DNA of 20,000 bases from an uncultured virus (IMG/VR IMGVR_UViG_3300005340_000005) (Duplodnaviria; Heunggongvirae; Uroviricota; Caudoviricetes), in IMG/VR virus record IMGVR_UViG_3300005340_000005; one strand, 5' to 3'. The translations under genes were made by a program, and so were the position numbers. This document shows positions 8,111 to 15,626 of the stretch, in pieces. Under the pieces are notes generated by a model, which was not told the DNA's origin, made no database searches, and saw nothing but the letters and a program-made list of their open reading frames with translations. Position 1 is the stretch's first letter. The number at the start of each line of letters is the position of its first letter.

Positions 8111-8478
8111 TGCCACGCAATATGAGCTTCTCCAAAACTACTCCACAGGTTCGCGCCCGCACAAAAACGGTCACTCGGCGCACCGGTTGGTGGTTCCTGA
8201 AGCCTGGCGAAATCGTGAACGCGATCGAGAAGGGGCAGGGGCTCAAGAAGGGCGAGGAGGTAGTTGTCATCTGTCAGATTCGTATCGTCAGCACGCGGCC
8301 TGAGCCTCTGTCTCGCCTCATAAAAGACACTGCGTATGGATTCGGCGAAACCACTAAGGAGGGATTCAAGGACCATCCTGAATTGCAGTGGCCCGGGGTC
8401 TTCGCTGAGTTCTTCTGCGCCCTCAACGGGTGCGAGTTGGATACAGAAGTCAACCGGATCGAGTTTGAATATGTCTGA
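8110..8478 (+). CDS. ASCH-domain protein
   Basis: MSF…V.ARTKTVTRR.GW..LKPGE…EG F…F..FF…VNRIEFEY pattern; TGATG overlap. Confidence 0.75.
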   Translation: MPRNMSFSKTTPQVRARTKTVTRRTGWWFLKPGEIVNAIEKGQGLKKGEEVVVICQIRIVSTRPEPLSRLIKDTAYGFGETTKEGFKDHPELQWPGVFAEFFCALNGCELDTEVNRIEFEYV

Positions 8479-10033
8479 CAAATCAGCAATCGAATGGACC
8501 GAGGCGACCTGGAATCCGACGCGCGGATGCTCGATGGTCTCGCCGGGCTGCACGAACTGTTATGCCATGAAGCAGGCGCACCGCTTCTCTGGCGACAGCA
8601 GGACTACGAAGGCGGGCACGCGCACTGGGCCTCAGGCGTACTCGGGGCTCACTCGCTTGACCAGCAACGGGCCTGTTTGGACGGGCGAGGTCCGCCTTGT
8701 CGAGGCAAAGCTAGAAGTACCACTGCGTTGGAAGCGGCCGCGCCGAATCTTTGTCAACTCGATGAGCGACCTGTTCCACGAAAGACTGAGCGACGAGCAG
8801 ATTGATCGAGTCTTCGCCGTGATGGCGCTCTGCCCGCAGCATACCTTTCAAGTGCTCACTAAGCGCGCAGAGAGGATGCGCGACTACCTCTGCAGCCGCG
8901 ATACCTGGATTCGTCTGACCGAGCGGATCTTCAGAACCGTCTCGAAGTACAAGCTCGATGAATTCCTTCTTCTGCAATGCACCTTCGAACAAGACGAGCG
9001 ATCCTTTGTCAACATACCGATTTCCAACGCTTGGCTCGGCGTCTCCGTTGAAGACCAGAAGACCGCAGACGAGAGAATCCCCTGGCTCCTCAAGACTCCT
9101 GCCGCTGTTCGGTGGGTGAGCGCGGAACCTTTACTCTCGTCCGTGGATCTGTCAGAATATCTCAAAGGACACACACCGAATGACAAAGGACGATCAGGCA
9201 TTCTTGGCGCTGTTGGCGATCGGCGTATTCTCGATAGACGACAAGGGGCGTATCTGGCGACACCGGCGGCTGATAGCCGGGAGCAAAATCGGGTCGCCCC
9301 CGTTTTGGAAGGATTTGCCCAAGAAACGCCGGGCGGAAACCAGCAGTTCCGGGAAGAGGCGGGAGAACTCCAGCATTTATCTACGAGTGATGTTCACGAC
9401 TGTCGGGGACAAGCGATGGAGCGTGGATGCGCATCGGGTTGTCTGGATGACAGCCAACCAAAAGGATATTCCGCCAGCAATGGAACCCAACCACAAAAAC
9501 GGGAACGGAGCCGACAACAGACCGGAGAATCTCGAACTCCTGACCCATCCGCAGAACACTCTCCACGCGATCCACGAATTGGGCAAGATCGCTCGACCTC
9601 GGAAGATGAACGGCGACAAGCTGACACCCGCTCAAGTGTTAGAGGTTCGCAGTCTCTGCGACCAGAAGGCGATGGCGCGGAGCGAGATAGCGAAGCTGTA
9701 CGGTCTGAGTCTCAATTCAATCGTCAACATAGCCAACCGCAAGACCTGGAAATATATCCCCGAGTTGACTGGGTAATAATCGGCGGAGAATCCGGACCTC
9801 ATTCCAGACCCTTCGATGTCCAGTGGGCGCGAGACACCATCGCGCAATTCCGAGCCGCCGGCGTGCCCGTGTTTGTGAAGCAAATGGGCAGCAAGCCAAC
9901 TACCGACCACCGGACGCGACCCAAAGACGAAGGAGCTCACTGGACGACTCTTCTCAAAGACAAGAAGGGCGGCAACCCGGATGAATGGCCAGCGGATCTA
10001 CGCGTCCGCGAATTTCCGGAGGTCGCAAAGTGA
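8471..10033 (+). CDS. DUF5131 / phage gp37-gp68 family radical-SAM-like protein carrying a ~199-codon insertion
   Basis: Start moved to ATG 8471. Motifs IEWT.ATWNP.RGC, Cx6Cx2C (CSMVSPGCTNC), IFVNSMSDLFH, FQVLTKR, WLGVSVEDQ, SAEPLL, DWVIIGGESG and FVKQMG. Confidence 0.9.
   Translation: MSDKSAIEWTEATWNPTRGCSMVSPGCTNCYAMKQAHRFSGDSRTTKAGTRTGPQAYSGLTRLTSNGPVWTGEVRLVEAKLEVPLRWKRPRRIFVNSMSDLFHERLSDEQIDRVFAVMALCPQHTFQVLTKRAERMRDYLCSRDTWIRLTERIFRTVSKYKLDEFLLLQCTFEQDERSFVNIPISNAWLGVSVEDQKTADERIPWLLKTPAAVRWVSAEPLLSSVDLSEYLKGHTPNDKGRSGILGAVGDRRILDRRQGAYLATPAADSREQNRVAPVLEGFAQETPGGNQQFREEAGELQHLSTSDVHDCRGQAMERGCASGCLDDSQPKGYSASNGTQPQKRERSRQQTGESRTPDPSAEHSPRDPRIGQDRSTSEDERRQADTRSSVRGSQSLRPEGDGAERDSEAVRSESQFNRQHSQPQDLEIYPRVDWVIIGGESGPHSRPFDVQWARDTIAQFRAAGVPVFVKQMGSKPTTDHRTRPKDEGAHWTTLLKDKKGGNPDEWPADLRVREFPEVAK
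9146..9776 (+). mobile_element. Putative homing insertion element inside the DUF5131 gene (dual-coding)
   Basis: Separates normally near-adjacent motifs EPLL…DL and DWVIIGGESG. Bounded by degenerate in-frame direct repeats 9146-9163 and 9743-9760 (12/18 identical, 597 bp apart). Almost entirely occupied by an HNH ORF. Confidence 0.7.
9180..9776 (+). CDS. HNH homing-type endonuclease with C-terminal HTH, nested in the +1 frame
   Basis: AHRVVW…IP…NHKNG…DNRPENLE..T…N..HA (HNH_3-like) followed by KLT..QV.EVR…SEIAKLYGLS..SI.NI..RKTW; own AAGGA RBS at 9165-9169. Confidence 0.9.
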   Translation: MTKDDQAFLALLAIGVFSIDDKGRIWRHRRLIAGSKIGSPPFWKDLPKKRRAETSSSGKRRENSSIYLRVMFTTVGDKRWSVDAHRVVWMTANQKDIPPAMEPNHKNGNGADNRPENLELLTHPQNTLHAIHELGKIARPRKMNGDKLTPAQVLEVRSLCDQKAMARSEIAKLYGLSLNSIVNIANRKTWKYIPELTG

Positions 10034-10485
10034 ACCACAAACAACGTGTGGCGCTCGAGAATCACTGCCGCTTCGCTTTTGAGACGATGAACCCCGCGTT
10101 CCATCACCTGAGCGACGAAGGCTACAGTCTGATCATCACCGTCAATTCCGGTTATGAGTGAATCGAAGAAGGTTACGGCGGGCCAGTTTGGCACGCGAGC
10201 GCATCGAGCGGTTTGATCCAGATTCACAGTCGAATTCTCAGAGGCGTTGTCCATCACGCTCTGGAGGGTGTGGGCCTTCCACTATTGGGCGAGTGGGAAG
10301 AATGGACGGGCAAAGCATTCCATCTTCGTCGACGGCTTCGGCGCACGGAGGAAGAGATCATCGGTGCTGCGTGCGACTTGAGAGGAACTCCTGAAGCAAA
10401 GAGGCGCTATCAAGCTTCACTTTGGTTCTTGCCACCAGCCGGGTTGGAAGTGGCACTGCAAGAAATGTCGGAGGTCGCACGTTGA
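10030..10485 (+). pseudogene. 151-codon gene interrupted by one in-frame TGA (10159-10161); nonsense mutation or recoding
   Basis: GGAGG RBS and GTGA overlap at 10030. The same frame continues past the TGA (…TVNSGYE*IEEGYGGPVWHASAS…) into track ORF 10213-10485, which couples to the next gene. Confidence 0.65.
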
Positions 10486-11687
10486 CCAAGCAAGGAAACA
10501 TCTTCGACGACGTCCGAATGAAGCTCCCAGAGGCGATCGACCTTACTGTCGAGTCACTCAAGGCCTATGGTCTGAAGTATCGGCACTGGGCCATGGCCTT
10601 CTCTGGCGGCAAGGACTCGTCGGCGCTGGTTTCCTTGGTTGCTGTCCTGATCGAACAGGAACGGATTCCCGCTCCCGAAAGCCTCACGGTCTTCTACGCG
10701 GACACGCGCCAGGAGCTGCCACCGCTCTGGGTCTCAGCGATGGGCATTATGGACGCCCTGGGCGAGCGCGGCATTGAGACTCACGTCGTTCTGCCTCCGA
10801 TGGACAAACGCTATTTCGTGTACATCCTCGGTCGAGGAGTTCCTCCACCAAACAACAACACGCTTCGATGGTGCACGCGACAAATCAAAGTTGATCCGAT
10901 GGTTGCAGCTCTACGCGGTCAACGTGAACGCGCCGGCGAGAAACTCTTGATGCTGACCGGCGTTCGAGTCGGAGAGTCGGCCGCTCGAGATCAGAGGATC
11001 GCTCTCTCGTGCTCGAGAGACGGCGGCGAATGTGGGCAAGGTTGGTTTCAACAGAGCACACCTGAAAGCGTCGCAGATACATTGGCGCCGCTTCTTCACT
11101 GGAGAGTGTGTCACGTCTGGGCGTGGCTGGCCTCGCACGCACCGCTTGAAGGCTTCCCGACTCGGACAGTGGCGACGGTATACGGCGGCGATGAAGCAGA
11201 AGAGATGAACGCGCGGACAGGTTGCATCGGTTGTCCGCTTGCAACGAAAGACACTGCGCTTGACGCAATCCTAAAGCTACCTGAGTGGGCTTACCTCTGC
11301 CCGTTGAAGCGACTGCGGCCGCTCTACCGTGAACTAAGAGAGCCACGGTGGAGACTTCGACAGGCGGGAGCCGAGCGACTCAAGGACGGTTCTATCGCGG
11401 CCAACCCACAGAGGATGGGGCCGCTCACGATGGATGCCCGCCGGCACGGCCTATCAATTGTCCTCGGAGTTCAGGACGAGATCAACGCCGCGGCTCGGGC
11501 CACCGGTAGACCTTTAATCAGTCTCATCAACGACGAAGAGCAATCCCGAATCGAGCAATTGATCGAAGAGAACACCTGGCCAGAGAAGTGGTCGGGTGAC
11601 GAACCGGTTGCCGACGTGATGCTCGAAAAGATCTTCGGCGACGGATCTGCGCAGCCGTTGCTCGGAGAGGACTGGGGGCAGCTATGA
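10482..11687 (+). CDS. PAPS-reductase family PP-loop protein, DndC-like
   Basis: Start moved to TTG 10482 (GGAGG RBS, TTGA overlap). Motifs AFSGGKDS, ADT..E.P, GRG.P.P…RWCT..IK..P, TGVR..ES..R, APL..W…VW..L and RTGCIGC. Confidence 0.85.
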   Translation: MTKQGNIFDDVRMKLPEAIDLTVESLKAYGLKYRHWAMAFSGGKDSSALVSLVAVLIEQERIPAPESLTVFYADTRQELPPLWVSAMGIMDALGERGIETHVVLPPMDKRYFVYILGRGVPPPNNNTLRWCTRQIKVDPMVAALRGQRERAGEKLLMLTGVRVGESAARDQRIALSCSRDGGECGQGWFQQSTPESVADTLAPLLHWRVCHVWAWLASHAPLEGFPTRTVATVYGGDEAEEMNARTGCIGCPLATKDTALDAILKLPEWAYLCPLKRLRPLYRELREPRWRLRQAGAERLKDGSIAANPQRMGPLTMDARRHGLSIVLGVQDEINAAARATGRPLISLINDEEQSRIEQLIEENTWPEKWSGDEPVADVMLEKIFGDGSAQPLLGEDWGQL

Positions 11688-11935
11688 GAACACCAACCGC
11701 TCGACAGCTGGCGCGCCTCGCCGTGCTCGCACATCGCAAACGCGCATCAGGCATTCGCACTGACGCCGCCGGCAGCCCCAGCGAAAGCTTCAATCGGCCG
11801 CTGCTGAATCAGATTCGCCAGGCACGCTCGGAACTCTTCGACCTGGGACCGGCTCCGAGGTATGAGATCGCGGCGCTCGACAAGTGGAATATGCGTGGAA
11901 TTGAGAAGCGCGTGAGGAAGGCTTTGTATGGCTGA
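11684..11935 (+). CDS. Hypothetical basic protein, 83 aa
   Basis: ATGA overlap upstream and 8-nt overlap downstream. Confidence 0.6.
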   Translation: MRTPTARQLARLAVLAHRKRASGIRTDAAGSPSESFNRPLLNQIRQARSELFDLGPAPRYEIAALDKWNMRGIEKRVRKALYG

Positions 11936-12080
11936 GGACGGCCCTTCCTGCCCAACCTGCGGGGAACCAGCGGAGTGGCGCGACTGCCCGGAGTGCGGCG
12001 GTGCGGGAACCATTGAATGCGTCTGCCAGGGAGATGGCGGCGAGTACTACTGCCCGCTGGGGTGCGAGGGGTATGAATAG
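11928..12080 (+). CDS. 50-aa Cys-rich zinc-finger miniprotein, DnaJ-type CxxCxGxG (not in the ORF track)
   Basis: MAEDGPSCPTCGEPAEWRDCPECGGAGTIECVCQGDGGEYYCPLGCEGYE*; 8 Cys; GAGGA upstream. Confidence 0.75.
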   Translation: MAEDGPSCPTCGEPAEWRDCPECGGAGTIECVCQGDGGEYYCPLGCEGYE

Positions 12081-12088
12081 GAGGAATC

Positions 12089-12451
12089 GTGAGTAAGTCC
12101 TACGAACAGCATCTTGACGAGAGGTTGCGAACAGAGGCGGAACGCTTGGCCTACCTGCAAGCCTGCCTTGAACTCGGCGATGCGGATGTATTGCAGCTGG
12201 CTGTCCGGGATGTGCTTCGGGCCGCGGAACAGCCAGTGGCGTTACCGACGACTGGGTCGCTTGATCTTGAGGCGATAAGGGATATGCGGAAATTTCAGGC
12301 GAAGCTTCGCAAGGGTTTTATGACCTGCGTATCCAGCTCGCCCGATTACTACGTGAGGATTCAATTTACAAAGCTAGAGGATGCCCAAACCCTTTTTGGG
12401 GAAATGGCCCGTATCAAGGACTGGCCGACTGCGGGGGAGGCCGAAGCTTGA
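12089..12451 (+). CDS. Protein with an addiction-module antidote (HI1420-like) N-terminus and an unrelated C-terminus
   Basis: AGGAGG RBS; Y..HL.E.L.T……AYL.A.LE.GD…L..A.RDV.RA; no recognisable HTH afterwards. Confidence 0.65.
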   Translation: MSKSYEQHLDERLRTEAERLAYLQACLELGDADVLQLAVRDVLRAAEQPVALPTTGSLDLEAIRDMRKFQAKLRKGFMTCVSSSPDYYVRIQFTKLEDAQTLFGEMARIKDWPTAGEAEA

Positions 12452-12765
12452 CCTCCAAAAACCACTTCACAAAGGCGATCACAATCGCCACCTCGGCCTT
12501 CAATCGCGTCGTCGCAACCAACGAGCGGCTCGCCGAAGACCTGCGCCAGCGCAAGCAGCTGGTCATCAGCGACACCGCGGCGGTAGCAATCCTTCGTGAA
12601 GCCCTGGCCGGCGCTGTCGGCTGGCGCGAAAGAGCCCGGGCGCTGTTGGGGTTGAGCGAGCAGATTGAGTGTAGGAAGTGCGGTGACCTCTTTCCGAGCG
12701 GTGGGAAGCGGAAGAAGAGTTGTGGGAAATGCCGGTGGGATTATGCCACCAGGAGCTTTAAGTAG
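12448..12765 (+). CDS. Hypothetical protein, coiled coil plus C-terminal zinc ribbon
   Basis: GGAGG RBS and TTGA overlap; CRKCG.LF…CGKC. Confidence 0.7.
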   Translation: MTSKNHFTKAITIATSAFNRVVATNERLAEDLRQRKQLVISDTAAVAILREALAGAVGWRERARALLGLSEQIECRKCGDLFPSGGKRKKSCGKCRWDYATRSFK

Positions 12766-12771
12766 CCAGTT

Positions 12772-15438
12772 ATGCGTCGAGATAACAAACGCCAGAAGAA
12801 GATTGCGACTGACGACTATCAGGAGTTCTTGCGCAACAAGATCAACCTGGAGCACGAGTCTGGCTTTGTTGTCTCCGATGAGGATATTAACCCTGTCCTG
12901 ATGCCTCACCAGAGGGACGGGGTCAGATGGGGGCTACGCGGCGGTCAGCGAGCGCTGTTCGAGGCCTTTGGACTCGGCAAGAGTGTTCAGCAGCTCGAGA
13001 TCTGCAGGCTCGTCCTGAAGCATTTGGGTATCGGCCGGGCCCTAATCGTTACCCCTCTCGGCGTGCGCCAGGAATTCAAGCACGACGCGGTTGAGCTCCT
13101 CGGCTGGGACCAGGCGCCGACCTTCGTTCGGTTCAGCGAAGAAGTACTCGCGGCCGATGCCGTCAACATCTTTTTGACCAACTATGAATCGATCAGAGAT
13201 GGTCGCTTGGACGTCAATCTCTTCGATTGCATTAGTCTCGATGAGGCGAGCTGCTTGCGCGGCTTCGGCGGGACGAAGACCTTCCGGGAGTTTATGCGAC
13301 TCTTCGAAGGGAACCAGAAGCTGAAGTATCGCTTCGTTGCAACTGCTACTCCCTCACCGAACGACTACATTGAACTACTGGCCTATGCCGCATTCCTCGA
13401 GATCTCCGATGTCTCGGCCGCGAAGACTCGCTTCTTCAAACGCGACTCCACCAAAGCTGATCACCTGACTATTCATCCGCACAAAACCAGAGAGTTTTGG
13501 TTGTGGGTTTCGACCTGGGCGCTCTTCCTGCAGTCGCCGGCGGATCTCGGTTATGACGCCACCGGCTACGATCTCCCTGAACTCGAGGTTGTCTATCACG
13601 AGGTTAACGTTGATCACACGACCGCGCTCCCAGAACCTGACGGCCAATACCGAATGTATCGCGACTCCACTCACGGGGTCGTAGAAGCGGCCAGAGAGAA
13701 GCGAGATACATTGCCGCAGCGTGTTGCGAAGATGCAAGAGATCCTGGCTGAGAGTCCGGATGATCATTTCCTGCTCTGGCACGATCTGGAGGATGAGCGG
13801 CGCGCAATCGAGAAAGCTGTCCCATCGGCCGTCACGGTTTACGGGACACAGGACCTCGACGAAAGAGAACGCGCGGTAATCGACTTCAGCGAGGGGCGTA
13901 CTAAATATCTGGCTGGCAAGCCCGTCCTCGTTGGCTCAGGTTGCAACTTTCAATACCACTGCCACAGGGCAATCTTTGTTGGCATCGGTTTCAAGTTCAA
14001 TGACTTCATCCAGGCCTGCCATCGGATCCGGCGATACCTTCAGCCACATCGGGTAAGAATCGACATCATATACGCAGAGAGCGAGCGATCGGTCCTTCAG
14101 ACTCTTCAACGCAAGTGGGCGCAGCACGAAGAGATGTGCAAGACGATGACCGACATCATTCGTGAATACGGGCTCTCTCAGGAAGCGATGATGAAAGAGC
14201 TCACCCGCGGCTTCGGCGTCGAGCGAGTGGAGATCAAGGGCCCGAACCACACGATCGTAAACAACGACAGCATTCTTGAGTGCCGGGAGATGGAGAGCAA
14301 CAGCGTTCATCTGATTCTGACCTCGATACCGTTCTCCACACAGTACGAGTACTCGCCGAACTATGCCGACCTGGGCCACTCTGATGACAACGAGCACTTT
14401 TTCGAGCAGATGGATTTCTTGACGCCGAATCTGTTCAGAGTGCTTCAGCCCGGGCGGCTGGCTGCGATCCACGTCAAAGACCGAATCGTACCAGGTGGAG
14501 TCAATGGTCTCGGCTTCCAGACCGTCTACCCTTTCCACATCGATTGCGTTCAGCACTACCAGAAGCACGGCTTCGCCTACCTGGGGATGAAGACGATCGT
14601 CACCGATGTTGTGCGAGAGAACAAGCAGACCTATCGGCTCGGCTGGACAGAGCAGTGCAAGGACGGTTCCAAGATGGGAGTGGGTATGCCGGAATATCTA
14701 CTGATCTTCCGCAAGCCTCCCTCAGATGATGCAAACGCTTATGCAGATGTTCCGGTTGTGAAGTTCAAGACGCGCTATTCGAGAAGCAGGTGGCAAGTCG
14801 ACGCGCACGGCTTCAGTCGATCGAGCGGCAACCGCCTTCTCTCCCCAGAGGACCTGAAGGATATTCCGCATCACGCGATCTTCAAACTGTTTCGGCGCCA
14901 CTCGCTCGAGAATGTTTACGACTTCGAAGAGCACGTCAGGCTTGGAGAGTCACTGGAGACGTGCGGCCAATGTGATCATATCCACACCGCATCGAAAGGC
15001 TCCTGTGAGTGCGGCTGCAAAGGCAGCGGCCGGCTGCCTACCGACTTTATGTTGCTCCAGCCTCAATCCTGGTCGCCAGAGGTCTGGACCGACATCACGA
15101 GAATGCGAACGCTCAACGGAGCTCAGAGCGCGAAGGGCAAGGTGATGCACCTTTGCCCTATGCAATTCGACCTCTGCGACCGGGCGATCACCCAGTACAC
15201 GATGCCTGGCGAGACGGTACTGGATCCCTTTGGCGGCCTGATGTCGGTTCCATATCGAGCGATCAAACTCAGACGCAAAGGAATTGGGATCGAGCTGAGC
15301 CCGGGTTACTTCCTCGACGGAGCTGCTTACTGCGCCGCGGCCGAGCAGGAGATTGCAATACCGACCCTGTTTGATCTCGGCGATCCGGATGAAGAGGAAG
15401 ATGCAATCGCCCAGGCAGCCGTGGCGGTTGGAGACTGA
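12772..15438 (+). CDS. SNF2-like SF2 helicase fused to a beta-class N4/N6 DNA methyltransferase
   Basis: Helicase motifs FGLGKS, LDEAS, ATATP and QA.HR..R. MTase motif IV TSIPF precedes motif I VLDPFGG, with H.CP before it and GIEL after it. Confidence 0.9.
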   Translation: MRRDNKRQKKIATDDYQEFLRNKINLEHESGFVVSDEDINPVLMPHQRDGVRWGLRGGQRALFEAFGLGKSVQQLEICRLVLKHLGIGRALIVTPLGVRQEFKHDAVELLGWDQAPTFVRFSEEVLAADAVNIFLTNYESIRDGRLDVNLFDCISLDEASCLRGFGGTKTFREFMRLFEGNQKLKYRFVATATPSPNDYIELLAYAAFLEISDVSAAKTRFFKRDSTKADHLTIHPHKTREFWLWVSTWALFLQSPADLGYDATGYDLPELEVVYHEVNVDHTTALPEPDGQYRMYRDSTHGVVEAAREKRDTLPQRVAKMQEILAESPDDHFLLWHDLEDERRAIEKAVPSAVTVYGTQDLDERERAVIDFSEGRTKYLAGKPVLVGSGCNFQYHCHRAIFVGIGFKFNDFIQACHRIRRYLQPHRVRIDIIYAESERSVLQTLQRKWAQHEEMCKTMTDIIREYGLSQEAMMKELTRGFGVERVEIKGPNHTIVNNDSILECREMESNSVHLILTSIPFSTQYEYSPNYADLGHSDDNEHFFEQMDFLTPNLFRVLQPGRLAAIHVKDRIVPGGVNGLGFQTVYPFHIDCVQHYQKHGFAYLGMKTIVTDVVRENKQTYRLGWTEQCKDGSKMGVGMPEYLLIFRKPPSDDANAYADVPVVKFKTRYSRSRWQVDAHGFSRSSGNRLLSPEDLKDIPHHAIFKLFRRHSLENVYDFEEHVRLGESLETCGQCDHIHTASKGSCECGCKGSGRLPTDFMLLQPQSWSPEVWTDITRMRTLNGAQSAKGKVMHLCPMQFDLCDRAITQYTMPGETVLDPFGGLMSVPYRAIKLRRKGIGIELSPGYFLDGAAYCAAAEQEIAIPTLFDLGDPDEEEDAIAQAAVAVGD

Positions 15439-15440
15439 CG

Positions 15441-15626
15441 ATGCTGCTTCAACTGGTTCACTGCGAATACGACTGCGGTCTTTGCGGGACCGTTCACCGC
15501 TACACCGAGGGCATCACCTATGACCTTCATCGAGACCTGATGACTGGCAGTAGACGGTGGGTCTACGTGGAAGTGAAAGAGATTACCTACGTTGCGGAAG
15601 TAGCCGAACCGGGGAGCATTAGATGA
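15441..15626 (+). CDS. Hypothetical protein, 61 aa (CxxCxxxH)
   Basis: GGAG RBS; ATGA coupling to the next gene. Confidence 0.6.
   Translation: MLLQLVHCEYDCGLCGTVHRYTEGITYDLHRDLMTGSRRWVYVEVKEITYVAEVAEPGSIR

Noticed and set aside
8336..8470. Upstream extensions given by the ORF track (also 3775, 6253, 10422, 16719, 17120, 19297, 19687)
   Set aside because: They overlap upstream genes. Downstream starts have a better RBS or coupling and begin at the family's expected N-terminus.
9146..9776. Group I intron or intein as the explanation for the DUF5131 insertion
   Set aside because: The HNH ORF fills the insert, leaving no room for a ribozyme core. The host-frame translation lacks intein terminal residues, and the nuclease is out of frame.
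10154..10394. Short alternative-frame ORFs 10154-10216 and 10158-10394
   Set aside because: Low-complexity Arg/Ser-rich or very short translations; the interrupted 10030-10485 frame explains the region better.
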